A stretch of 64,000 bases of DNA from Raillietiella orientalis (Eukaryota): assembly GCA_036172245.1 (NCBI GenBank), contig JAYWIR010000010.1, forward strand, positions 2,976,001 through 3,040,000, read 5' to 3'. How positions within the stretch are numbered: the first letter of the stretch is position 1; the number at the start of each line of letters is the position of its first letter. Under the pieces are notes generated by a model. That model saw nothing but the letters and a program-made list of their open reading frames with translations, was not told the DNA's origin and did no database searches. Positions 13,321 to 25,550 of this stretch are shown here, one piece after another. The translations under genes and the position numbers were made by a program.

Positions 13321-13878
13321 GCAAAAGATCTAGTTGTTGATCCTGGTCAGCTTGGCCACTTGGTGCTTGCGTGGTGTGTCCTCTGAAGAACTCGTGGCCC
13401 CCTTCCCTTTGCGTGGACACCTCCGCGTTTCCTCTCCGGTGGAAACAGGATATTCTGTTGTTTCTTCACTGGGGATTCCATTCCAATCAGCGCAGACACC
13501 TGCTTTCCGGGGAAGTTGCTTTCCCGAACTGTTCCTCGTGCGTGGCGATGGAATCTCTCCTGTACTTCCTGTCGGATTGCAGTTCCCTCGAGGACTTGTG
13601 GCGGAGACTCTGCGGCACTCCGTAGACCACAGGACTGCAACAGACTTGCTGCAGCAATTTTTCACAAAAAGCGGATTGGAAAAAGGCGCTGTGATTGCAA
13701 CAGTCGTTTGCATCCGCGCTATGGTGACAGTCTGCCATGTGCTGGAATCAAGTTCGCGGAGAAGAGAGGCCACCAGCATGGCAGCAGCCCCCATGGGGGC
13801 AGCAGCAAGGTGACCTCATCTGCCAGAAGTCGTCAGGGAGACCGCTACCACCCACAGTCGCTTAGGAAAATTAAGGAA

Positions 13879-14112
13879 TGTTACATACCAAAGACCCCTC
13901 TCCCAACCTTCCCGTCTTTCGTTACTTATTTATTGTCCCCTCCCTCTGTTCCCTAGTTTTTGGAAGCCGGCTTGTTAGCCGGTGATTATCCCGGGTGAAC
14001 TTTTCTTTTTTTGGCGTTTCGTGTTTCCGAGGGTACCCTTCTTCCCCTCCCCCTTGTAGTTTATTTTGTTCTTGTTTCAAAATAAACGCCCTGGCGCAAC
14101 CGAATTCAAACA
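13879..14112 (+). mobile_element. Possible 3' LTR of an LTR retrotransposon
   Basis: TGTT...AACA termini, preceded by purine-rich aggaaaattaaggaa (PPT-like), with AATAAA ~30 nt before the end. No partner LTR or clear pol motifs seen. Confidence 0.3.
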
Positions 14113-14124
14113 CGAGGCCTATTA

Positions 14125-15200
14125 AGAATTCCAAGATCCTATAGTATTTCTTCGTTACCTGGATTCCAGACTCTCAGAGAGCCAACGATGTGAGCATGCA
14201 CCCTGCATTACTTACCCTCTCTGCTTAGCTGGAGGACAACTTCCTTATACTTCTCTTGTTTTTTCCTCCTGGCTGTGCTGAACGTCTCTCTTCTACCCTC
14301 AAACGGGCAGTAGACGTCCAGAACTGCTATCCGATTTCCTTTGTGTATAACTAGGTCTGGTCTTTAGGGGGAATTCGTTCCTGACACTCTCTGGTTAGTG
14401 GACACTATAGGTTCCACTTTGCTTCATCCACCGGGATCATGCTGATCATCTCTTGAATTGCGTTATGTCGCGCAAAGGACAGACGAAATTGCTTCCTGCA
14501 TCTGTTTAACATGCGAGAGACCGCTTCATCTTCCGTCCGGAAGCGCCGACATGTGCGTTTCTCTGGTTTCATTCTGGTCCCAGCCCTGACTGGTAGGACG
14601 TTTAATCGAGCCGCGTGGATGAATCCGTAGTGCTGAAATCTCAGTTATTCTCCATTGGTGAGGAAGAAGCTTGAGGCGTGATGCATACCCACACACTGCA
14701 TAGCTTTCCCTTGGCTGATGTGTATTTGGACTAAGGATTGCCATGTGTGTTCCCTTTGCAGTGCTCTCACCCCAGATGTAATCTTTCTCCTCATGGTGTT
14801 GCTGGAGATGACGCTGTCGACCGTTATATTGGACTCTCCATCATTAAACTTCCAGTGGGCTTTTGTTCTTCTCGAGGCCCTTCTTCCTTTGGACCAAAGA
14901 CTCACGATATCTCTGCTGTGCTATACGAATTTTCCGGAGGAAGTCCCCAATACGAAGTCCCCGAGATTCTCATGAGTTGCTGGTTCGAGGATTCTCTTCT
15001 AGTCCACTTCATTAAGCGTTTCGTGGTCCAACCTCTCCATCGGACTGTCTGGGGAGGTGAGTAATTTGAAGCAGCTGTCAATGGTGAACATGTCGGATGG
15101 ATGCGCCGCCCAGAGATCCAGCGAAACAGATGGAAATTTCTAGGTCCATAGAAATTAGATGGGGGCCCCACCCAGAGAAAGTCTTTACTTGAAGTTCGCA
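14125..15200 (-). mobile_element. NeSL/Utopia-clade non-LTR retrotransposon relic with restriction-like endonuclease (C-terminal part)
   Basis: Across frameshifts: CFKLLTSPD, SLWSKGRRASRR, QGKAMQCV...ASSFFLTNG, FIHAARLNVLPV, CRRF, RHNAIQ, LRPDLVI...VLDVYCPFE...KY, HIVGSLRVWNPGNEEIL*DLGI. This is the RHN / PD..D / K..KY / VGSLG.W...N signature of R2/NeSL-type elements. Confidence 0.88.
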
Positions 15201-16574
15201 TTTCTTCCTGTTCCAGTCCGTCCCTCACAGGGGCAGGTGTGTTTGTCTCCTGTGTCGCTGCAACCGTTGATGAACGGTTCCTTCACGGAGTAGTTGAATT
15301 CCATCTGTGACGAAATGTTAACGGTGAACTCTCCCGGACAGGAGAGAGGAAGGAAGCAAATCCTGCTCATTGCAGCAAGCACTACTTGTTCTTGCGAGGT
15401 TTGTGATTCGTACTGAGTTCTCTACATCCTGGCTGCAGAACTGTCATCCTTGAGTGTTTCCCAGGAGCTTTGGCGAGTCGTATCTTGCTAACATCCTGGA
15501 TAGGAAATGCGATAGGAAAGAGGTGCATCCCATCCAGAATCTATGTGCCTTCCTCAAGGGTAGTCGGTTGTCCAGCCTCAAGAACTCTTCTTTGTCCCGA
15601 CACGCCCGCACATTCAGCACCGCGTGCATCCACCCCTGCTCCTTATGAAGCTGGGACGGGCCAGGTGGAAAAACAGGAAGAATCGGTAACTCAACGTTTT
15701 CTTGTTTCTTCCGGTGAATCTCCTTTTATCCTCGTAGATGAGGAAAAGTCCTTCTGTCGTATCACTTCTCGACCCTGAAACCCTCTCAAGAGAACCATTA
15801 GGGCTCTGATCTTCCAAGATCTGGATCTTTGAAAACTTTCTCTCATATGCGGATCCACAGTACCATCGTCAGATCAAAAGGGATGGAGAAATATCTCTTA
15901 GAGAAAGAGTTCCTTTCTGGATCTCTTCCCGAATGCTCCCAAGTACTCTTCTCTCCAAAAGGGTTGACTGCAAGAATAGAATCCTTTCTAGAAATCAGAA
16001 ATTATCCCATTCCGGATGCTTCTGTCCTGGAAGTCCCATATGCTAGTTCAAAGATCAAGGGATGCTCGCCGAATCCCATAGGTCTCGGAAGTTCCATGGC
16101 GAAAGCTCTCACGGTTGCGGGAATCCTTTTTGGAGGCGAAGAGGAGAGCAGCCGCTCCTCGGCGCTTGCTGTCTCTTCAGAGACCCTTCATGGTTACTCC
16201 TGAAGGCAAGCGACGTCGGACAGCGCGATCAGTCCAGTAGCTGCGCCCCGAAGCTTCAGATCTGACTTCTCGTTCGGCTACATGACCGTAACGGAGTGAT
16301 TGGAAACCATCTACTCTCAACGAGTGTTTTTTTTCTTTTTTGCATTTTCAAGAGGCAAGCAGCGACTGCACAGAAAGATCGTTACTATTGTCCGCCAAAA
16401 TGATGGAGGATCTGAGGTCTTTTGCATTCGCCGCTTTCCATCCAGATTTTTTTTTTTTTCCTATTAGGAATTCACCAAGTGCTGAAGAGCCACTGTCTCC
16501 TTAGGAAGGCTCACGAGGCTCTTTCACACTGTTCACTGACCATGGGCAGTGTGAAAGAGCCACCCGAGGATGTG

Positions 16575-17000
16575 CGTGACTCTTGAAGTTAGGGGGCAAC
16601 CCCGGAGAGACCGCCTTTGAATCCAGGGAAGCACTGGAGGAAGGAGTCCGTTCCCCTTACGTTCGGCAGGGAAGCTTCCAAATTTCTCTGAAGGGCTCTA
16701 TCCGCAAGAGAGCAGCGTCGAAGGGTATCAGCCAACTCCATGGTGCGCGGTGGAGGACGGCTCCAGTTTCATTACCGGAGGGGAACAGCTCCTTGATTCC
16801 TGAGGGGACCACGGAGGGTCAACTCCTAGTCCCAGACAGTAAACGGAGGCATACGAAGCCTTTAGACCAACCACCGTCATCATGCAGGGGGACTCGAAAC
16901 CCACGAAACACCCATTTCCCGGCGTCGCTCCTTCCCGGGTATTCAAACCCCCAACCCTTGGTGCTATGCACGGAGACCTTGGTTGCACGGCCAACAACGC
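16575..17000 (-). mobile_element. tRNA-headed SINE, copy 2
   Basis: Minus strand starts gcgttgttggccgtgcaacc...ggtttgaatacc (B-box-like). Shares ggaggacggctccagtttca and the aacttcaagagtcac tail with the copy at 60922-61268. Confidence 0.75.
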
Positions 17001-17009
17001 GGAGGTGAC

Positions 17010-17490
17010 ACACTCCCAACGTTTTAAGGCAGCCCTATTGATAATGATTACTGGCACACAATGTGTTTAGTTGACCATGGTTTGAGCATGTGACTTCGGG
17101 ATTTCTACCTCACCATAAGCCTCCTGGTCATGCGGTCGACATTATCCTCGGAGGAGGGATGCTTACGCAGGCAGTATATCAGGCTGCCGTTGAACAGAAA
17201 ATTTTCTGCTTGGATGAAAATCCGTGGCCCGCAAATTGGAGCTGCTCTTCATCGAGCAGAAAATGTACTCTTCCGCACCACGATACTCTCCGATGCGGGG
17301 CATGGCGTTTCTTCGATCCGGGTGTGTTCCGAGATAAGGAATGTCGATGCCGTCTTTTCGTTGAGCCATACGCAAGCTGACAATGTCCTTGGTCTCATCA
17401 TGTCTCGCCATCTTAAACTTTTGCGCATGTACCAGAAGCGGCGCCTCCTGGTGCGATCCTTCGTTGTTGCCTTTTCGAGCATCTACCTCA
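17010..17490 (-). mobile_element. piggyBac-like transposase core relic
   Basis: One frame reads RRRFWYMRKSLRWRD...LNEKTASTFLISEHTRIEE...CGPRIF...LIYCLRK...VDRMTRRL; another frame then gives VTCSN. Order and spacing match piggyBac R.RF..I...LRF.D / IDE / YGIKIF / IY.GK / VV.RL / VT.DN. Confidence 0.6.
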
Positions 17491-20400
17491 CATTTCTTTG
17501 TCCGCAGTCTTGCCAGCCCGCTCACCAACGCCCTTGACGCCGCTGTCCATGCCTGTTCCGCTTCCCTCCGGTTGCTTCGGGACGCGGAATCCCCAAATCC
17601 CCATTTGTACGTGATGTGTGTTGTCGCTTCCCCACCACTGGCCGTAAAAAGAGCATGGGAAGGGATGATCGGTTTGCCTCCGACATGGGGGAGGGCAATG
17701 TGTTTTCCAAGGCTATCTGTTCCCTGCCGCGGATTCCCAGCTTCCGCTCGGCTCGCCAGGAATCGTCGCTAGAAGTTCCCTTCAGCACTTTGCGTTTTCA
17801 ACGCAGGCCAGGAGATCCGACCACCAGTCGTGGACGAATTCTCAAAGCCAACCTGGAGACGGAGCCTCTCCCCGATCCAGTGTTCCAGAAAAACGGCCGT
17901 TCGCGGGCACTCGCGATTTTCCTCAAGAAGAGATTCTTCTCCCCGGAATTCCGCAAGGACGGAAGATAAAGCATGTCCTGGAGCATTCGCTGCGAAGGTT
18001 CGAATCGACATTGAAGTGCATGCCTCTCAGGGGACGCTAGCCGTACCAGAGGGTGCTCCTCGCAGTCCAGTAAATCACGTTGATGTGGACACTAGTTCCT
18101 CCAGATCGTTTGCTCGATCCAAGCTGAGTCGTGGAGAGCCCGGCAGCATCCATGAGTCAGTGTAAACAGCCCGTCCTGAGCTGGCTGTTGCGGAAGTAGA
18201 AAGGAGATCCAGCTTGCTTCCCGCCTTCTAGTGACTGAACTGGTTTATCTAATCCTGACTTTGAGTTTTCAGGGCACTGCTTTGCTCTCCATCAAGTGTG
18301 CTTTGATCTTGCTCGTGGTCGGTGAATCTCGTTTCTTTCTCTCCTCTTCTAGCTGTCTAGCTGAGATGAAGATGAGATCCAAAAACTCGCTAATGTCCCA
18401 GGAAACTTCTCGGCCACGTCGGAAGTGAGGAGGAGAGGAGAAACTACGAGAGACATGTGAGCGTTCGCCCCGCTCGGGAACGATCCATCAAGGTCAAAGC
18501 GTCTTCAAGCAAGCAGCATTCTGTTGCCTGGTGATTCGTCGCTCTCCTACGCTTGCCGAGTCGAACATACAGTTCTGGGAAGTCTGTAGGATCTCGATAA
18601 TTTTCACTCTCGCACCTACCCTCGGAAATCGCGTCATCCGTGACTCATTCATCCCTGCGCCCGGCTACACTCTTGCTCGAAGCGCCTTCATTTCAGGATC
18701 ACCCGATCGTGGCACGTCACCATCTGCCACTTTTTTGGCTACTCTTTCGCAAACGGGGAGGGGAAAGATTTGAGGCATTTCGACAAGATCCGCTGCAGAC
18801 CCCTGAGATGGACATGAGGTGCTTCAGGGTAGGCCGCCACTGTGGGAGTTTTAGGTGCTGGAGGACCACGCTGAGTAGCTCACCCCTCTGCGAACGCCTA
18901 GAAGTTCCAAGGTGGGACTGCCCATCGTTGCTTCGATCAGCGTCCCCTGAGACTTCCTTTAGATCTGTACGATGTCCGCCTGGACTGCACTCTTTCAGTA
19001 GTCCGATCACCTCCTCCTAATCCTGCTTGAGTGACTGGAACGGATTCTGCGGAAGTGGAAGACACTGGCTCTGAGGAGTTTCCGTAACAGCCAAGGGTAG
19101 CGGGAAGAGCGTATGGAAGATTCTCGGACTCGGAAAATTAAACTGATTGTTGAAGCAGCGATCTCTTTCGGCATCCTTCGGGATCGAGGATCGAACAGGA
19201 GTGGTGACGCGATGAACTTGCGCGCAGCTGCGACACACACTAATTCTGGAGGGGAGAACTCCTTGACTCCAGATCATTCTTCTCCTGTGGTGAAGAGGAA
19301 GAGTGTCTTTGCGCTCCCAATGCCGTGGAAACTTCTGAGAATACTGCTGGTTGCATCCTCATACCCGGCACGCACCTGTGAAAGATGAGGAAGAGGGAGA
19401 TTTCAAACGTTGCAAGAGAGTTGGGGAGGAAGGGTCCACAAGCATTCCTCCCTCCAGCCCAGCAAGGGTCGCGGCAGAGGCGGATGTTTCGAAAGATGGG
19501 GTTCTCGTGACCTTTCGTTGAGTAATCTTTCGTAAACGAGGAGGGGGGAAGGGTTCAGGGACTTCGAGAAGATCCAGTATGGGCCACGGGGGCAGGCGCC
19601 CTGCTGGAAGAAGCGGATCTGCAGCTGGCTTCTGCAGTGGATCGACCCCCTAAAGAAACCATAGGAGCAAACAAACAAGAGATTCCGGGTAGAGATCATC
19701 GGGATACACACCCAGATAGCTGGCCAAGCAACCTCTGCTTGACCTGACTTATTCATTACATGAGGATGGTATTTCCTGCAGTCTCACGGTATACACTACA
19801 TAGATACCGTACTTATTGCAGCTATACGTAATTTCTTGAATCCTGTGGCACATTTGGCGTCCTTGAGATGTACATCTGGTACGCTTCTGCATTCCCGTGT
19901 ACAGAGCACCCACGCTCACTGCTGCTGCAGCAGCCAGCGGGCTGCGGTGCACCATTCTGCTGAACGTATCAGGTAGATACGCAAGGGCAGAGGCAGGGGA
20001 ACGGCGTCAGGACCAATACCTTGCTCCCCAGTAAAGCGAAAGCGGAAGGGAGGATGACCAGGGATGGGGGAGGGCAAATGAGACTCCGTAGATAACTGTG
20101 CGGCCGCTGACCGGGTCCATGGTCATTTCGCGGAGTCTCCGCGCTAGGAAAGGGATCTCCGAAAGTGAGAGAGCTTCACAGAGACGTCGTGTAGCAGCCG
20201 CTCATCCCTTTCGGTACCTCCTCCATCTATACCCTGACACTCTCCTCCTGAGTAGGCAGGATGAGCCCTGCATAGTCCGAAGCGCGTGAACTAAAGGCAC
20301 GCCGATACACCCGTTCACTCTCTTTCACTGTAGGCAGCCGAAGGGGGGAGGAAATGGGTGAAGTCAGGGGTATTCCATGGGATGCCACGATCCCTGACGG

Positions 20401-23400
20401 GTCTCCTAGCGGCGACTGTGGGTGACTCCACGAAGTCAGTGAGCTCGAGGCTGCGTCCTACGAGAAGCACAGAGAGGATCGATCCCCCTTCTTTTCCCTT
20501 GCTTTTTCTCCTTGTCCCTGAAGCCTGCGCTTCCTGGTCTTGGGATCCACAGGAATTTCGCATCTGAACCTGCGCTCTTATCAAGCGTGCTCCTTAGCAA
20601 CCAGGCCGCGAGAACCCAGCGATTATGGGTCTCTTGGAGGATTTTCCTTATCTTCACCTTCCATCTGGAATCCTCCTGCTCCCCGGAGTGGAGCCCGGAG
20701 CATCGTTCTCCCGAGTTTTCTGGGATCTCCTCCTCTCCCCTCCCCCCACTTCCCTGACGCCATTCGTTTCCCCGCTCCCCTCCGGCCTCCTCAATGGAAT
20801 GGGGCAGAGAATGGAGAGGTTGGAGCCGCACTCGGTGTTGTCAAGGGCAACGAATGAAGCCTGTCAGTGCCAGCAGTGGCTCGTCCGTGGGCCTCCACAG
20901 AAGGTAGCCGAAGAAATGCAGGATCCACTTTCCGCGGAAGGTCGAAGGGAGAGTTCGGGGGCCGGGTAGCTGCTGGGGTGCACAGTACTCCCCTCTCACC
21001 TTCAACACGTCAACCGAAAGGCGGAAAGGCACCTGGGGAAAGACAAAACAGAAGAAGAGGCATACGGAAGTTCCCCCATCTGCCCTTGTCCTTTGCAAGT
21101 CCTCGTCCCTGACTCAAAGTCACCAGCCGCACGCGCACCACATGAAGGATCTCTCAAGTCATCCCCATAGGAGTGGTCATTTCCGTTATTCAGCCTTTTC
21201 CAGGGAGTTCCTTCCCATCCCTGTGCACAAGATTCCAGGAGCGCCACCACCAAGCTCCTTCCTGCCCGCGCAGAGAACTGTTCCGCAGAGAGCGGTCGGT
21301 CCTCTGCTGCGCCTCTTCCCTCCTTCCGGATGGGCGCCGCCGCCGGCTGTCCTGCTGCTGTGAAGGAGTCTCCTACGTTGACAGGCGAAAATTCTCTCTC
21401 CAAGGGATTTTTTCAGAGATCTGGAGCAGTGGAAACGGTGCTACTCCTCCTCGATCGACTGCCTGCCGAGGGGGTGGGAAGGGCCCGAGCGTCAGCGCGG
21501 AAGAACACACTCTCCTCTCGATGCGTCCTTTTGCTTCTCTTCCTCCGCCATCTCTTCTCCCACTGCAGGTCGGTGCACAACTACCTCCAGCTTCGGAGGC
21601 GCCGCCGACACCCGGAATGTTCGGAGAGCAAACTCCTGCCTCATGGGTCGAGGAACCAGTGCAGAGGACCACGACCCCTTCGGATTGCTTCAGGGGCCTA
21701 GGAACGAGGGGGCTCCATGCCCCCGAACGCCTGTTTGCGAAGTTGACCCACTCTCGTCTCCTAAAATCTCGAAGACGACAAGCCAAAAATGCGGGGAAAT
21801 GTGTTTTCTCAAAGACCCCTCCGGGAAGACAGTCTCGTGCGCCAGTGGTGCACCGCGCCAAAGAGAACGATGACACTGGTGCTGAAGGAGGATAAAACTC
21901 CGCGGGGAGCGGTCGTGTCCACGGCAACAATGGCTTTGGATCGCTGCTGATCTTTCCTTGGGGACTCCTGGGACCAAGTGGGAGACATACCTGTGATAAG
22001 AGGAGGAGGGACAGGAGAGAGTGCGTAAGCGAGGAGGAAGGCATTCGACTCCGAATCCTCTGGGAGGTTCATCTGGAGCATCGTGACGTGTTCGGGGCTG
22101 TGGGATGCAACCCCTTCTTTTGCAGCTTCTTGCTCTTCATTGGTCTCCATTTCGCATGTTTCCTAACGACGACGATCCGGGATCCGTAGCTGACGACGAG
22201 CGCCGAACGGGAAAAGGAGGGCTTGTGAACATCCGGGTTAGGACTTAGAGGTGCTTTCATCTCCTCTTCCGGTGAAGCAGAAGCGCATGCGGTTGAAAGA
22301 GAAGATTGTAGCAGGGCTGGTTGATGGTGTGCTGCCAGTAGGGACGAGATAAGGAAGAACAGCAGGAAGGGAAGATGGCGTTCCGGAGGCACTTCGAGGA
22401 TGCCACGCGCTCCGGTCCCGTAAGCGCTGGAAATCCCAAGAAAGAAGGCGGCACCCAGCCTTCGGTTCCTCGAGGCGCCAGCAGGATGAAGGCGGAGCAC
22501 ATCAAATCTGCAGAGACATCCGATCAGAGTTTTCCCTGGAAGGTGCCAAGACTCCTCCGTTGCAACCATCGCCGTTGAAGCCGCTGGATCGGTCGCGACC
22601 TTCGACTCCGGCACCAGCTCCTACCTGGTCGGCTCCGTGTATCCGCGGATCTTCGTTTCCGTCGGAGGCTGTCCTTCGATCCGCAGCCGTCGCTCCATCT
22701 GTACGGCAGCAGCAATAAGAAATTTCCGCTGATGCTTCCGGGCACGTCGCGACCGCTGCTCGACCTCGCGCTTTCCATTCCCGCTTCTCCTAGGCGGTCC
22801 CACTACATCAGTGCATCAGCGGAGATTTGCGTGGGAGCGAACCACTGAGTTGAGACCCCGGGAAAGCGGAGCTGGTCGCAGCTCCACTGGGTTCGGCAGC
22901 TCTCCCGGAGAGCTTTTGGATCCGCCACTCATGAGTGGCGGATCCGAGAGAATCTCCCACTTCACAGGGCGAGGAGAATTCCCAATAGATCTCTCTGATT
23001 TTCGTGTGACATGTATCCTCGGTCGTGCACCGGCTCTTCACGACTTTCCACCATTCAGCTTCTCGACCCCTCGACACGAAATTTGGTGGCTGGTGATGTC
23101 TTCATTGGGTGGTTCCTTAAGTGAACTGTTGGGTGGGAGGAGACCTACGCCTCCTGTATGTTTTGCCGGGCACCCGCGCACTCAAGCTGCCACGCTACCG
23201 AATCCCACTTCTTCCGTATAGCAAGAAGGGAAGCCGTCTCACTACCTGCGCGAGATGCACAGTTCCTCAAGGGGAGTTTCTGTCTCTCTTTTCTGGGTAG
23301 GGGGCACCCTTCCGGAAGATGCTCGGAAGATTCTGCCACCGTGTCGTGCGCTCACCCTCGTGATGTGAGGGACTCCCCGCCATTTGGGAATTCATTCTCT

Positions 23401-24689
23401 GCCTCCCTATCATGGAGGGGGAGATCTCATCTCCTGCTCCACTTCGAGAGAGCAAAGGCATCCTTCTGGTCCAGACTCTTTTCAGCTCCGTCCTTCTGGG
23501 ACCACTGGAACAACTCCACCTCTTAGCTTGCGTTATGGAGGCGGATGTTTCTGCTGCTGGAAGAGAAAGACGTCGCTCCTTCCTTCCGGAAGAATATCAC
23601 TTTAGAGAGAGCTTTCAAAGTTTCCTCCTCAATTCGGAGATCCTTTCCCTCGCTCTCCTCCTTCTTCTCTACCAGATGTGGTCGCTCTTGAAGCGTCTTC
23701 TGTTCACAGGAGAGATCAGATATGCAGGCGAAAGGAGGCTGTCGCAATCCCACCAACAAGCTTCCTCCTGACAGTGTCCCTCCGAGGAGAGAGGAAGATT
23801 CGGAAGATGCTCCCTCCTCGCAGACGACGTCTCTTTGAAGGTCAGAATTTCTCATTGCTCCCTGCGGAGCTACCGGAGCATATGCACCCTCCTGATGGTC
23901 AGTGCTTAAGCGAAGAACTCGGGAGGAGGTTCCCTTCCATGCATGCGATGGAAGCATTCTCAGCTGCTGTTCCTTGTAAGGTCGGAGTGGAGTCAGCGGC
24001 TTTCAGACACCGAAGAAAGGTAATACAGAGGAACATCTGCGTTGCCTCAGAGGTCGACAGCAGGGCATCATTGGGTAAACGGGATTGGAAAGAAAAGGAA
24101 TCTTTCACCTCATCTTTTGAATCAAATTTTGAGGAAGCTGAAGGAAAAGCGCCGAGGAAATGGTGAAGCTTCCAGTGAGCGGTTCTTATCCTCAAAGGTG
24201 GGATTCCTGGCTTCTTATGTTGCTGTCTACTGGGCTGAAGCCCAAACGACTTTTCCCACCAGTTCTTTTTTTCGCCGCACCTGGCACTGCCCCTTTCTGA
24301 GTGACCCTTCCCACGAGCCTCCTATCTCTAGCAAGGAGATCCCCACTCGAGTTTACGAACTCAGTTTCCACCTTCGGACTGTCGTGGCGGCTGCTGCTTC
24401 TTTCGCAGGTGGCTACTGAGGGAAGGATAAAAGACTAAATGACCAGGAAGCAGCGGGAAAAGTGGTGTGGTCGAGAAGCGGCTGTCGGAGCAGCCGACGC
24501 AAGTCAACTAAAAGCCCGCATGGATTTTATCGCATCTTCCCTCACGCGGGAAGCAAAGGGGAAAAGATTGGCTTCCCATTGAGTCTTCGAGATTCGTGCT
24601 CCCTTATCCAAATCTCCAGACCATGAATGGACATCAAACTGCACCCTTCATCTCCATTTGAGCGAGATCCATCCCTCACTCCTCATCGA

Positions 24690-25550
24690 AATTTCACCCT
24701 TGGAATCTTTGGGGGTCGACGATTTGATTACAAGGATAAAGGGATGTTTATCTCTCAACCCAATATCTCCTTGATTCGGTTGCACTGTCACATCTTTCTG
24801 GTGCTCGCCATGGAACTTCCCAGGATTCAAATGAGGACAAGCAGCTACCTTGAAGATCCGAATATCACCAGCCCCCGTCATTCTCTGTCCAGGCAACCTG
24901 TTGGTGACTTTGTTAGGGCAATCAGGAGTCCAGAAAATGCGAGACCTCCACTGCAAGTGCCCCGACACTGCATCCTTGCCCGGCTGCCGTTCGCATCGTG
25001 CCGCTGCGTCACGGAGGTCTCGACTGGGCACTGAATGCAGGTGGACAGAACGGCAAGGACCTGAAGAAATCAGTCCTCAGGCTGCTCATGACCACAGGAC
25101 GTTCTGTAGACGTTTCACAGAACCAAGTTAAGGAACTAGCTCGTCACCTCCCATGGTGAAGGCAGCACTTTGCTCTGGAAGCGGAGAAAGCAGAGAAGGA
25201 AGGCTGAAAATAGTCCTGCACATCCGTTGATGCATAAGGTCCAACATCCAATGCAGCATTTGATGCTGATGCTGGGGGGTCGTAACAGCGGAGTTAAGGG
25301 AACCATGGCAGCACGTGTGTTCCTTCCAGTCGTTCCAGCCGGAAGGTCTGGCCGGATGAGCCGTCCAGGACACCCTCCAGACGACTGCTCTCAGATCTAC
25401 AGATTCGATCCTCCAGAGGGAGATGACCAGCACATAGACTCGTACCACACCGGTGAATGAGCAAGTAGACTTGTCCCAAGGGCGAAAATCCTCCCGTCCC
25501 TAGAGGGCAGCAGTCCTGGGAGTGGACCCATCCAACAAAACACTCAACAA
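24690..25550 (-). mobile_element. Highly decayed LINE reverse-transcriptase relic
   Basis: In the expected order across frames: PLGTGGF (PGPDG), NDWK, RPPSISI (RPISI), FLD / KVTNRL...GAG (D...FDKV.H), SSTPKDS (GVPQGS). Confidence 0.45.

Noticed and set aside
17780..18800. BEL/Pao gag-like relic (WDISEFLDLI..., Cys/His residues)
   Set aside because: Zinc-knuckle spacing could not be reconstructed and the evidence is too weak.
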